NCBI GenBank assembly: GCA_965603825.1
Contig: CBFDEM010000054.1
Coordinates: 558,001-622,000, forward strand
DNA from: Blepharisma stoltei ATCC 30299
Lineage: Eukaryota > Protista > Ciliophora
DNA length: 64,000 nucleotides
Reading direction: 5' to 3'
Position numbers and translations under genes: made by a program. The notes under the pieces are model-generated. The model saw only the letters and a program-made list of their open reading frames with translations, was not told where the DNA came from and made no database searches. Each line of letters starts with the position of its first letter. Within the stretch, counting starts at the first letter, position 1. Shown in pieces: positions 24,246 to 36,023 of the stretch.

Positions 24246-24647
24246 TTATGATATAAAATGTTTGGGTTCTTCCTTATTTAGTGGACTGCTCTTAAATTTC
24301 TTCTGCAAAAAGGCTTTCTTTTGATATTGATTCATTGCGTATGTAGTTTTGTTTATTTTAACTTTTCTTCTGTATAAGAGAAACAGCATATACCAGCCAA
24401 AAATACAAAAACTCCCACCGACAGGCACCATTACAGTTCATGTGAAAAACGATATCAATGGATTTGAGTCATAATAAGCATTTTTTATAGTTTTCCATTT
24501 CCAATACTTGGTCATTTTATTAAGGTTTGCTTTATAGATTTCCCAAGCAATCCCAGCAAAGCTTCTGCTATTATTGAAATGAGACCCTAATTTTGGCAAA
24601 TCTGAAATTTCCATAGCTTTTTGAATCCTAAAGTCTTCTTCTCTCAT
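24246..24647 (-). CDS. Hypothetical small membrane protein, 133 aa
   Basis: Two track ORFs in frame, joined by TGA(Trp) at 24438-24440. Confidence 0.75.
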
Positions 24648-24909
24648 ATTTATAATGGCAATCTTTATTTCGTAAAATATAAATTATTTAAAGGAGAGAT
24701 AAAAATAGTATATATTATATCAACTATAACAAAGTAGCATATATTGGAAAGATTAGAATGGCGTAGAATATAGTATGATGATCAAGATCTGATAATATTT
24801 GTATAAGATATGTGAAAATTCGATTTTATTCTTCAGCATCCAAAAATATGAAATTTTACTATTATTTGTTTTGGACAAATTCTGCCAATCATATATTAGA
24901 TGATTAGAT

Positions 24910-25416
24910 TTATAAATGAGGGTTTAGCTTATGCAATATGAAGTTGTTATAATGCTCAATATTTTCTCTATGAAGCAGCATATTTCCAGTTTCACGATTG
25001 AGTGGGAACCATTGGACAAATTCAACTTCTTCAGTGTCAGCTATTTCACCTGTTTTTTCAACTAAAGCAATGTAATAAATTACATGCTTACGGATTGGTC
25101 GTCCTTTTTTACTGGTAAACACATATATGATAGGGTCGATTGGAGAAGCTAAGGTTTGGTCATTAGTCCATCCATCAACTCCTAAAAACATTGTAGGTGA
25201 ATGTCCTGTTTCTTCTTGAAGTTCTCTGATTGCAGCTTGTATATTTGTTTCTCTATGCTCCTTATGGCCTTTTGCGATTTGAAAATAGTCATATCTTTTG
25301 GATTTAGACAGCAAAATTTCATAGTCAGCACCGCTAAGCCTAAGCGGAACGATTCCATAGCTATAATCATTGGTTTCCATGATTGCTCTCTTAAGAATAG
25401 ATTTAATAAATAGCAT
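24910..25416 (-). CDS. Nudix hydrolase, Ap4A-hydrolase-like
   Basis: Nudix box KGHKEHRETNIQAAIRELQEETGH, SYGIVP, KHVIYYIA. First ATG is at 25416 (alternative 25380); the track start is a TTG. Confidence 0.9.
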   Translation of the reverse strand: MLFIKSILKRAIMETNDYSYGIVPLRLSGADYEILLSKSKRYDYFQIAKGHKEHRETNIQAAIRELQEETGHSPTMFLGVDGWTNDQTLASPIDPIIYVFTSKKGRPIRKHVIYYIALVEKTGEIADTEEVEFVQWFPLNRETGNMLLHRENIEHYNNFILHKLNPHL

Positions 25417-25552
25417 TTTATGCGAACATTTTCGAATTGTAAGGAATTTTATAAATATTGATGATAAACTTATTGGGTTATATAGAGGCAATTAATAAAT
25501 TTTTTGGCCTTAAGTAAAGGAGTTTTAATATTCATAATTTTTAATTCAATAA

Positions 25553-26308
25553 ATGTCAGAAGGAGAAAAAGAAGACATAAAGCCAGACTTGCCAGAGCCA
25601 AGCATTGACATAAAGTTCGGGTGTATGAGAGTCCGCTATTGGTGGTATGTCATTTTATCGTTCCAAAGCATCATTTTAATCCTTATGCTTGGCGCTCTCT
25701 TCTCTGAAAGCTGGGCAAAACAAGGAAAAGGCGATAACAAGTGGAAAGGAAGTTTAAACTATATTACATCTCCTGACAATTATGAGTATTTTGACTACAT
25801 CGATATGCAAAAAATTTATTGCGATATGGACACTACTAAGTGAAGCTACGACTCCGATCTTGCTGATGCATTATGCAAAACGTTTAAAAACATGAGAGGA
25901 GCTGGAGCTGCGTTCAACTTTTTTGAAGTTTTGGCCTACGTAGCTACCGTTCTCTGAATGATAAGAGTTCTTTACTCTTTACTAGAAAAAAAATTCCTTC
26001 CTAACTGCTGGGGATATGTTTGGCCTTCATTAGGGCTATTTTTCCATATATTAGCTGAAATTATTTGGAGCGGGGCAACCGGCGCAAAGTTTAATGGATC
26101 TTGTGATAAACTAAATAGCGGCAGCGACCCAGAAGACATCTGTGCAACTCAAGGACCAGCTGTGGTACTAGTGGCCACTTTAATCTATATAATTATAGCA
26201 ACAATTTTTTATATAGTCTACAACAAGAGAAGAGGGATCAAGGAAGAAGAGCTGGAGACTGATAATTTGCATGCAGGAGGTGGCAGTCTTAATAATAATG
26301 GTGTTTAA
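25553..26308 (+). CDS. Four-TM protein (claudin/PMP22/amastin-like topology), 251 aa
   Basis: Two ORFs in frame across two TGA(Trp); four hydrophobic helices with Cys pairs in the loops. Confidence 0.8.
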
Positions 26309-26381
26309 AAAATTTAAAACGCATTTATTTTAGAATCTTATAAGCTGTATAAAAAAATGTAAAATAAATCGCATAGAAGTT

Positions 26382-27578
26382 ATGGGAATTTGTGTTCAGA
26401 AGCAGAAAAAAATAGAATCTCCTGAAGCCATTCATGAAACAAAAGAAAAAGAAGTTGCAGAAGTCCCGCAGCGGCCAGTAAGAAAGCAGCATGTCCGATT
26501 ATCAGTTGTACCTTCAAAAACTCCTCTATCCCGTATTGACTCAGACTTACTAACTTCAGTCAAAGAAGCTATCACAAAATCAGAAAAATCCCGAGGAATC
26601 CCAGAAGACGTCCAAAACGACTCAAAGAACTCACGTATTTTGATTGCTGGAGTTCCAAATGAAAATCGGCAAAACGGCTTTGAAGACAAAAAAATGAGAT
26701 TTGAAGGAGAAAACGCTAATATGAGCTATGTCAGCTCAATCGGAGTTGGAATTGCGTGCAAAAAAGGACTTAAAGAGGACCCTAACAACCAAGATGACTT
26801 TACTGTGTTACTAGACAAAGCCTTTCAATTTTTTGGCGTTTTCGATGGACACGGGGCTTATGGGCATGAAATTTCGAATTATATACATTTGCTGCTGCCT
26901 AAATTGATTATTAAGCATGAACAGTTTGAAGAAAATATTAGAGAAGCTATCATACAGTCGTTTTTTCACGCAAACAGTTCTTTAGTTGAGCAGTGCGACA
27001 AGCCTGAATCTACTTATGACTGTATGATGTCAGGGACTACAGCAACTACTTTACTGATTAAAAACAAACACATATTTATTGGCCACGTCGGAGATTCAAG
27101 AGCCGTTTTATGTTTAAAAAATGGAGAAGCTATTCAAGCTAAGCGACTAACTACAGACCACAAACCTACCTTGCCAGGTGAGCTGCAAAGGATCCAGTCT
27201 TGTGGAGGAGAAGTTAAGCAGCTGCCTGATGATGTTCCACATAGGATTTTTATGAAAGGAAAAGATTACCCAGGGCTTTCTACAAGCAGAGCTCTAGGTG
27301 ACGCTATCGCTCAAATGGTAGGCGTTTCTCCTCTGCCTCAATTTGAAGATATCCCTTTTCAAGACAACTTTGAATACCTAATTATGGGCAGTGACGGTGT
27401 TTGAGAGTTTATAAAAGACCAAGAAGCTGCTGATACCATTGCCAAATCAGGAAAAAACGTCCGACAAGGAGCTCAAACCTTAGCATCCTTAGCTTGGCAA
27501 AGGTGGATAACTACAGAAGAAGATGTGGTTGACGACATAACGGTGTTAGCTATTCATTTACCGAGTTTGTTGAAATAA
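26382..27578 (+). CDS. PP2C/PPM protein phosphatase with N-terminal MGIC acylation motif
   Basis: NQDD, GVFDGHG, SGTT, HVGDSRA, DHKP, SRALGD, GSDGV-W(TGA)-EF, DDIT; stop TAA 27576-27578. Confidence 0.95.
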
Positions 27579-27589
27579 CATAAATTATA

Positions 27590-28609
27590 CTAGCTGAATT
27601 CTTCTGTTCTAGGGAACTCTTCTTCTATTAAATGCTCGAGGTTGTTTCTGTAATAATCTAAACCTACCATGAAGTCATTAGCGTTTTTGGTGTCTTCTAC
27701 GAATTCTCGATATTTTATTCTTCTAGCGACCTTTTGCAAGTCGAAAAAGTAATATTGGCTCATTAGTGGGTTAATGAATAATTTTTTGGAATGGGTTGAC
27801 TCAAGGGTGTTATAATTTCCAAACTTTCCTAAAATTGAACTGATTATTTGGAAACCTACAAAATTCTCTCTTGGCATCCTTGACTGTATAAATTCACTTG
27901 CCTTTATAAACCCTTGAACTTCAGGCATAGTCTGCAGCAAAGAAAAATTCCCCAAAAATCCTCCTGCTTCTGTTATTTCTGCTATAGCTCTAAGTGTAGA
28001 ACAGTCAGAAACTCCTTGAAACCTATCAGTTCCAATACCAATACACCCTAAAATCGCATTAACTCTTGCTTGCTTGACAGCAAGAATGCTTAAAATGTCT
28101 TCTAGCGGTGTTCCAAGGTCTTTTTCATCTCCCGCCATTAAGCTATCACTTCCCCCATCAATCAAAATAACAAGCTGAATATTATGTCTTTGTATAACAG
28201 CCTGGTAAGCTGCTGTAAGTTTATCAACCCCTCTCCTTTTAAAAGCATAAACTGAAATTTCTTGGTTTAATTCTTCTCTAAACCATTGGCATAAATACTT
28301 TTCAACAAAAAATCCTTGATTACTCGTATCAACTAGTCCGTGGTTTGTATCAGCAGTTATTCTCATACAGACAATTGGCATCGCAGGATTAGATTCTCGC
28401 AAAATGACTTCGCCATCTGCATTTTTGATCTCGCTGAAACTCATGTTGCCTAAAAACACTTCTTTTCCTTGAGATTTAAGAGAGAAATACAAAGGAAGAC
28501 CTTGGACTACATCATAGACACCTCCGCAGCCACTTATTAAGATAGTGCTGGCTTCACTAACTCTTTTCCAAAAATCTAATTGAAGACCATTTCCATAATA
28601 AGCTTCCAT
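27590..28609 (-). CDS. DUF1152-like protein
   Basis: ILISGCGGVYDV..GLPL...L...GKEVFLGNMSFS, LIDGGSDSLMAGDE..LGTPLED, FINPLMSQYYFFDL match my recollection of prokaryotic DUF1152. Confidence 0.8.
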   Translation of the reverse strand: MEAYYGNGLQLDFWKRVSEASTILISGCGGVYDVVQGLPLYFSLKSQGKEVFLGNMSFSEIKNADGEVILRESNPAMPIVCMRITADTNHGLVDTSNQGFFVEKYLCQWFREELNQEISVYAFKRRGVDKLTAAYQAVIQRHNIQLVILIDGGSDSLMAGDEKDLGTPLEDILSILAVKQARVNAILGCIGIGTDRFQGVSDCSTLRAIAEITEAGGFLGNFSLLQTMPEVQGFIKASEFIQSRMPRENFVGFQIISSILGKFGNYNTLESTHSKKLFINPLMSQYYFFDLQKVARRIKYREFVEDTKNANDFMVGLDYYRNNLEHLIEEEFPRTEEFS

Positions 28610-28690
28610 TATATTTTAAGCTAAAATTATAGTCTCCTAAATCATAAAAGACTAGTTTATTCATATGTTTCATTAATGAGAAGTCCTAAA

Positions 28691-29890
28691 TTACTTATAA
28701 AACTCAAACTCAGTATCGCTTTTCTTTACCACATTTTTGTAAGCCTTCTCAAAGTCTTTAGGAAGAATCACATATCTGTTTCTCCTCACAGCCAGCAGCC
28801 CTGCTTCTTGGCAAATAGCAGAAATATCGGCAGCACTGATTTTCTCAGGTCTGTTGACGTAATCTTCTAAGTCGACTTCATCTGATAAGTTCATTTTGCT
28901 AGTAACTGTTTGGAAAATTAGCCTTTTTTGTCTTCTATCTGGCATTGGGAACTCAATTTTTCTATCTAATCTTCCAGGTCTCATAAGGGCGCTATCTAAG
29001 GTATCAGCTCTGTTAGTAGCCATAATCACTTTTACGTTGACGCTTTGGTCAAACCCATCCATTTGGTTTAGGAGCTCTAATAAAATTCTCTGGACTTCTC
29101 TATCAGCTCCAGTTTGAGCGTCAAATCTTTTGGTAGCGATTGCGTCAATTTCGTCAATGAATACGATGCTTGGTGCGTTTTCTCTTGCCAATCTGAATAC
29201 ATCTCTAACCATTCTTGGGCCTTCTCCCAAGTATTTTTGCACAAACTCGCTGCCGACGACTCTTATGAATGCTGCTGTAGTGTGGTGAGCCACTGCTTTT
29301 GCAAGCATGGTTTTTCCTGTCCCTGGAGGTCCGTACAGTAAAACACCTCTTGGAGGGTCAATTCCAATCTGAGCATAGAGCTCATGGTTTGTAAGAGGTA
29401 GCTCTACAGCTTCTCTGATTTCTTGTTTCTGTATATCAAGACCGCCAATGTCTTGATAAGTGACTTCAGGTTTTTCACCTACCTGCAAGAGCTGAATTGA
29501 CGCATCTGTTTCATTAGGCATTATATCGACTACACTGTGAGAATGCCTATGAAGAGCTATTGAAGAAGATGGCTTGAGGAGCTCTCTGTTTAATGTTGAT
29601 AGAACTCTGACATAATAATTTGACCCAGCAGTGCTAGATACAATTGCGTAATTTTCGTCAATGAGCTCTAAGAATTGACCTATCACAAGAGGCACTGACT
29701 GAATTCTTTTGATTTCTTCTTTGGCTCGGATGTATTCACGTTTGAGATTTTTCTGCTCGTCTTTGATGTAATCTGCCTGGATGGTGAGGAATTCGAGCTC
29801 TCTTTCGAGGGATTTCATGCGCTGGTAGAAGTCGCTGGTGTCGTCTTCGATGTTCATGTCCATATTGGCTGCTGAGTCGACTAGTGCCAT
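28691..29890 (-). CDS. RPT3: 26S proteasome AAA-ATPase subunit RPT3 (PSMC4)
   Basis: [61 protein letters not shown]; first ATG at 29890. Confidence 0.98.
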   Translation of the reverse strand: MALVDSAANMDMNIEDDTSDFYQRMKSLERELEFLTIQADYIKDEQKNLKREYIRAKEEIKRIQSVPLVIGQFLELIDENYAIVSSTAGSNYYVRVLSTLNRELLKPSSSIALHRHSHSVVDIMPNETDASIQLLQVGEKPEVTYQDIGGLDIQKQEIREAVELPLTNHELYAQIGIDPPRGVLLYGPPGTGKTMLAKAVAHHTTAAFIRVVGSEFVQKYLGEGPRMVRDVFRLARENAPSIVFIDEIDAIATKRFDAQTGADREVQRILLELLNQMDGFDQSVNVKVIMATNRADTLDSALMRPGRLDRKIEFPMPDRRQKRLIFQTVTSKMNLSDEVDLEDYVNRPEKISAADISAICQEAGLLAVRRNRYVILPKDFEKAYKNVVKKSDTEFEFYK

Positions 29891-30010
29891 TTTCAATTAT
29901 AAGAATTCTATCAAATTCATGTCAGAAGTGGAAATTTTCTGATTTTTTAGAAAAACTGTTTAGGCTAGGTTGCTTTTATACTTAAAACTTAAAAGATTTA
30001 TAAATATAAA

Positions 30011-30943
30011 ATGGAAGCACATAAAGTAAGAAGAAAAAATCTATCATTAGGGATTCCAAGCACAAAGGCTTCTACACCAATTTGACCTCTTTCGCCTAGA
30101 TCTCCTTCTCTTGAAGGAAACCGTCTTTGTGAGCCAATGACTCCTAGAAAATTATTGTACGAGTTTCAGTTAAGAGATGCAATAGTAAGACAAGAAATTT
30201 GTAAAAGCGAAAGAGAAAACTGCGACATGAAAAAGAGCATTGATGAGCTAAAAATTGAAATTTTGCAAATAGAAAAGGAGCTAAATAAAGAAGAAAGATT
30301 GCTAATTAGACAAGAAGAAGACTTATCATCGCTACATTCAAAAATATTGAAAAATGAGCTATTTCAAATTGAAAACACAGAAAAGATCAAAGAGTCTGTT
30401 GAAAACTACAAAGAGCTCATAAACTATCTTAATGATAGTATTGGAGAGGAAGCAAACTATTTTAACAATACCAAACAAATCACAACAAATTTAAAATACT
30501 CACTACATGCTCAAAATAATGACGTTATGGAAAACATGAGAGAGCTTATCAGCATATATGAAGACCAATTAAAGTTTAAAGACCATACAATTAAAGACGA
30601 AGAAGATATATTAAATAGAGGAAACCAAATAGAGTCAAATAAAAATCAAGAAATTGCAGAAATGATATCAGAGCTAAAAAATGAAGAAATTTCAAATCAA
30701 AAATATATTTATAGCTTACAAAAAAAAGTAGAAATAATTAATGCAGGAAAATTGCAGAAAAAGATAGAAAGAGACTTAGTGATACAAAAAGAGTCCCTAA
30801 ACTCAGCGGAAGATGTGTTAAGCAGGCTGAAGCAAAAACTAAAAGCATCAGAAAAAATGGAGCCGTTTGTTAAAAAACTGGGATTAAAAATCGAAGGACA
30901 TAGAGATCGAATTATCCGGATAGATTTATCATTAAAAAAATAA
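30011..30943 (+). CDS. Hypothetical coiled-coil protein, 310 aa
   Basis: Extends upstream of the track ORF through a TGA(Trp) to ATG 30011. Confidence 0.75.
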
Positions 30944-30960
30944 TTAAACTTTTATATTAA

Positions 30961-32364
30961 TTATAACCCAGGTCTTTTTTCATTAACAATATCAGCTGAT
31001 CTGATATCAGAAAAATCATCAGCAGCGTTATGCAAAGCGCTTTTCCCAGCGAGAATCAGTCCTTTTGGAATTTTGCTGTCTGGGCACATTCCTTTAAGCT
31101 TGATAATAACTTCATGCTCTTCTCTGACAGTTTTAAGCATTTTCAGCATTCTCGACACACTTTTTACTTTATTTACCAATTGTGCTTTTCGGTTTTCTCT
31201 GATATTGTCTTCTAATTCCTTAAGCCTGGATTCGTAATATTCGTTATCAATATCATCGTTTGGCTTTATTTTTATAACAGTCATAATCATTTCCATAACT
31301 TTTTCTATCACAAATGGAATACTTCAGCTAAAAACATCCATGAAATTAGGGAGTAGATAAGGATGCTGTGTATAATTATACTGTTGAATATTCAGCGTAT
31401 TATTATCGAATTTTATGATTGCGCCTTTGTTTCCATACACATCACAATAATTTGGAGCAGAAAATATTGTGATTACTGTTGGAAATTCGCTTGCGCCGTT
31501 TCATCTGTGCATTTTGTATCCATCCAGCTGGACTTCATGAGCCCTTATGAGAGAAATTATATCATTGTCCCTCAAAAATCTATCTGCAACTTCTTGACCA
31601 AAAATATAACTGCATCCTCTTATATCATTATACCTGAACCCTTCAATTAATCTTCCTTCCGAATGATCTATAGGATCTGACCACAAAAGATCACAAAATA
31701 CCCCATTTCGAGGGGTTTCTATAAATCTATTAATTCTAACTATATCGGCTAGAGTTCGTAATTCTGGAGATATACCTCCATGAATATTCAAAAATTTTTT
31801 ATTTACAAGGCATGCCAACGGTAAACAGTCAAAACTTTCCATAAAATTTTCATAAACTTCTAAGTCGTATTTATATAGGCATTCTTGTCGGAAATTAAAA
31901 AATGAAGTCATTTGTCGACATTCATGGTTTCCTCGGATCATAAAAATTGTGTTAGGGAAATTAATTTTAAGAGTATACAAATAGAGTATCACTTCCAAAG
32001 AAAATGAGCCTCTATCTACATAGTCTCCTAAAAATAGGTATTTTGTAACCTCAGGGCTGCCTCCTATTGAAAACATTTTAAGCATGTCATAATACTGGCC
32101 ATGCAGGTCACCTACAATAGTTACTGGATCTTGAAGTGACAACAAATTTGGCTCTTCCTTAAATAAATTTGTTGCTGCATCTATAATCTTCAGCACATCA
32201 GCTTTATATAGCCTTCCTTCCCTTTGAAAATGATCCCTTAATACTTTTCAAGCAGGTTTGCTATCATTATTAGGAAATAGTAAACTTCTTGGCAGTGGCT
32301 GATGGGGCGGCGCTTTTAATTCTTTGACTGTTCTGTTGTTTAAAGGGTCGCTTAAAGCTTCCAT
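30961..32364 (-). CDS. CNA1: Calcineurin A (PP2B catalytic subunit), 467 aa
   Basis: GDLHGQ, GDYVDRG, RGNHE, SAPNYCD, CnB-binding FMDVFS-W(TGA)-SIPFV, CaM-binding [11 protein letters not shown], autoinhibitory D.VNEKRP; three TGA(Trp). Confidence 0.96.
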
Positions 32365-32526
32365 TTTTTTTTGTTAGTTATGCCTGAATTTCTGCGATGA
32401 ATAAATATTGATTATGCAGATTATAGATAATTAAAATTATTATCCTAAGCTGAATTAATGGTTAAGTACTTTATTTTTAATAGGTTTATGCTCTGTCAAA
32501 TTTGATATTGTAAGGCTAATTTTAAT

Positions 32527-33759
32527 ATGGAAGAGTTTTTGAGAAATTCTGGGTTTAGCGAGCCTTTGATAAATGCAGTCCATACTTTAGGATACAAACA
32601 CCCAACTGCTGTTCAGTCAGAATGCATACCTTTGATCTTAAAAGGTGAAGAAGTCAAAGCAAAAGCCCCAACTGGCACAGGAAAAACAGCAGCCTTTGCA
32701 TTGCCGATTCTTGAGCTATTAAGACGAGACCCTTACAGCGTGTTTGCTTTAGTAATATCTCCTACAAGAGAGCTTGCATTACAAATTAATGATCAATTCA
32801 AAGCATTTGGCTCTAATATAAGTGTAAAAACCCAATGCATTGTGGGTGGAGTCGACATTTTAAGGCAAGCACAAGCTTTGACACAAATAAGACCACATAT
32901 TGTGATCGGAACTCCTGGAAGACTTAATACTCTTTTATCACAGCCGGACATCCTTGAAATTTTTTCAAATTTGCAGTTTCTTGTGCTGGATGAATGCGAT
33001 TTTTTGGAAGAAAGCCAAAAAGAAGATCTTGACCAAGTAAAAGCTTTGATTTCACCATCAAAAGTCCTGAATTTTTCAGCTACACTTGACGAAGGGCCTA
33101 CATTAGGAGAAAGAGCCAATATAAAAGAATACTTTTTACTAGTCCCTGACGTGGTAAAAGATAATTACTTAATAAAGCTTTTGGAGAGGCATAGTGATAT
33201 AAATATCATTGTGTTTACACAAACATGCCCAGAAGCATTTTTACTGAGTAAAACATTGGAAGAAATGAAAATCAGCGTCTTGCCACTGCACTCATTGATG
33301 TCTCAGCATGCAAGAGAGGCAAGTCTGCATCATTTTAGGTCTGCAAAAGCAGCTGTATTAGTAGCAACTGATGTAGCTGCAAGAGGATTGGATTTACCTC
33401 AAGTGAGGCTTGTAATAAATCATCATGTCCCTAGATCCAGTAAAACTTATCTTCATAGGATTGGAAGAACTGGTCGTGCAGGGAGAGGTGGAATGGCCAT
33501 TACCCTCGTAACACAGTTTGAGGTTTCGCTAGTTTTGCATATAGAAAAAAAATTAAACACACATTTAGAAGAGCTTTACAACGAAGAAGAGATGAAAATC
33601 CTGGAAGATGAAGTGGTTAATACGCTAAATAAAGTCACAAATATAAAAGCAGTGATTTCACATAGGGTAAAACGCCCTTCTTTGGATAACAAAAAGAGAA
33701 AAGAGCTGCTGGTGTCAAAGTTAAAGAAAATTCAGAGACTTTCGAGAAATACGACTTAA
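32527..33759 (+). CDS. DBP8: DEAD-box RNA helicase DBP8/DDX49-like (DECD variant)
   Basis: TGTGKTAAFALPIL..L..DPY.VFALV.SPTRELA.QI.DQF, DECD, SAT, ARGLD, HRIGRTGRAGR. Confidence 0.85.
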   Translation: MEEFLRNSGFSEPLINAVHTLGYKHPTAVQSECIPLILKGEEVKAKAPTGTGKTAAFALPILELLRRDPYSVFALVISPTRELALQINDQFKAFGSNISVKTQCIVGGVDILRQAQALTQIRPHIVIGTPGRLNTLLSQPDILEIFSNLQFLVLDECDFLEESQKEDLDQVKALISPSKVLNFSATLDEGPTLGERANIKEYFLLVPDVVKDNYLIKLLERHSDINIIVFTQTCPEAFLLSKTLEEMKISVLPLHSLMSQHAREASLHHFRSAKAAVLVATDVAARGLDLPQVRLVINHHVPRSSKTYLHRIGRTGRAGRGGMAITLVTQFEVSLVLHIEKKLNTHLEELYNEEEMKILEDEVVNTLNKVTNIKAVISHRVKRPSLDNKKRKELLVSKLKKIQRLSRNTT

Positions 33760-34362
33760 TATGGATTTAAATATTTTTGGCAAATAATTAGTGTTAAATT
33801 TTACTGTTTACTTAGATTTTATAAGGATTTCTGGCTTTTTCATATTTAATTATTTTTGAAATTTTAAAAAACTAATCTTGGAATCTTAATTCAATGAACT
33901 CTTTTTATAATTATGACGAAAATAGTTAAAAATCAGATTTAAGCTTTAAATTTTAAATGCTAAATAAAAATATGTTCTCCTCCTTGTGTTAAAATAACTC
34001 CATGATTAATCGAAATTTTTTAAATATTATTTCATAGCTCATATCAGAATTCAAATTTTAAAATGACTTAGTCAGTAATTCTCTTTATTTTTTAAAATTA
34101 TATAGCTCAGGACGCATAATAGATAGTCCTGGGCTATAATGGAATTCCATCCCCAAACAAAATTTTTTTGAAAACCGAATAAAAAATAAAAAAATATTTT
34201 CAGCTATTGACATATGGTCTGTTTATAATTTCCCTTTTCACCTAATATCAATTAACAATGATAGTATAATTTATCCTCGATATCCTTCAAATTGGTCGTA
34301 TTTTATTATCAAATTATCTATCTTCTGATGTGAGAAATGAATTATTATTGTTAAGTTTGAAG

Positions 34363-35958
34363 ATGGGATCTTGCCTAAAAAAGCAAGGAAAAAGCATGAG
34401 AATATCTCAAGAGCATTACACTATTGAAACCTCAATAAGAAAGCATGATTCAGCTCATGACTCTCTAAGATATGTTTTTTTACAAAAAAGTGAACTTTAT
34501 ATAGATATTCACCTAGATTTTGAGTTTACCAAAGTTCTTGGCCACGGAAAATACGGAAACGTGAATTACGCTAAAAGTAAGGATCCACTTATTAAGCAAG
34601 AATTTGCTGTAAAAAGTCTTATTAAGCCTATGATTGAAGATAAAATGTATACAATTCATCGAGAACTTGAGATTCTGCTTTCTGTTGACCATCCAAATAT
34701 AGTAAAATTTTTTTACGCGTATGAAGATCCAAAGTTCATTCATATAGTAACTGAGTATTGCTCAGGCGGAGATTTGCTTTCTAAGCTGTGCCAGGTCGGG
34801 AAATTCTCTGAAGTAGAGACTGCTACTATAATCAAAAAATTACTTGGCGCACTGAACCATTTGCATGGGATGGATATTTGCCATAGGGATATAAAGCTTG
34901 ATAATATACTTCTTGCTTCAGAAGATTCTGTGTCAAATATAAAGCTAATTGATTTTGATTTTGCTAAAAGAATTGACAATCTTCACCTTGACATGAACAC
35001 AATTGTAGGAACTTTGCATTTTATTGCCCCAGAAGTCTTTGATAGAGTATGTGGCACATCTGCAGATTTGTGAAGTCTCGGCATCGTTATGTATGTTCTG
35101 CTTGTCGGGAAGCCGCCATATAGAATTGACAGTGAAAGTGAAGTCCTTGTGCAAATAAAAAATAGAGAACTGGATTTTAATGATGAAGAGTATCAAAGAA
35201 TAAGCCCACTTGCCAAAGATTTATTATCAAAACTACTAGACACTGATTATAATAAAAGAATTACAGCTAGAGAAGCTCTAAAACACCCATGGTTTGTTAC
35301 AGTGAACCAAAAATCAAATGACTGTAATAACGAAAGAATCTTAAAAAGACTGAGACAATACCAAGTAAAAGGAAGATTGAAGAAAGAAATAATGAAAATC
35401 ATTGTGAGGATTCTGGAGCCAGAGGATATTCAGAACTTAAAAGAAGTCTTTGAAAATTTAGACACTGGCCATAATGGATATATCACTTATAAAGACTTAG
35501 AAAAAGGCTTAAGCACGATTGGGGTAACTGATGCTTCTGAGATTGAGCGTATTTTTTAATTAGAAATTTGAAGTTGTGCAGAAACAACTATAAAAGGCAG
35601 ACTAAGATACTCTGATTTTCTTGCAGCAACACTTAATAGGAAATCTGCGCTCACAGAATCTACTCTGTGGGCTGCATTTAAATACTTCGACTATGACAAC
35701 TCTGGGAAAATGACCCCAGTAAATATATATTCTGCACTGAAAAGAGCAGGAGTAGATATAACAGATGAAGATCTAGAAATGATGCTAAAAGAAGAAGGTA
35801 TTTTGTTGACTCAAAATATTGACTTTTCAGAATTCAAAAAAATTGTCCTTCGTAATCTTTATATAGCTGTTGAAAATTTTATAAGAAAAACTTCTTTGCA
35901 GTCTAAACGAAGTATTGGGGCTTCTGGTCTTGAATGGAACGGGTTCAGCTTCATGTAA
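34363..35958 (+). CDS. Calcium-dependent protein kinase (kinase + EF-hands), 526 aa; intron 35549-35563
   Basis: MGSC N-terminus, GHGKYG, AVK, HRDIK, APE, DL-W(TGA)-SLG, EF loops DTGHNGYI and DYDNSGKM. Confidence 0.92.
35549..35563 (+). other. 15-nt spliceosomal intron
   Basis: GTATTTTTTAATTAG; A at position 10; in-frame TAA; removal gives EIEQIW..YSDFLAAT. Confidence 0.92.
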
Positions 35959-36023
35959 AACCCAGTCAATATAAAAAATAATCTAATAAAATTAATCATT
36001 TTTATCATTAGGAAGAATCTTAA

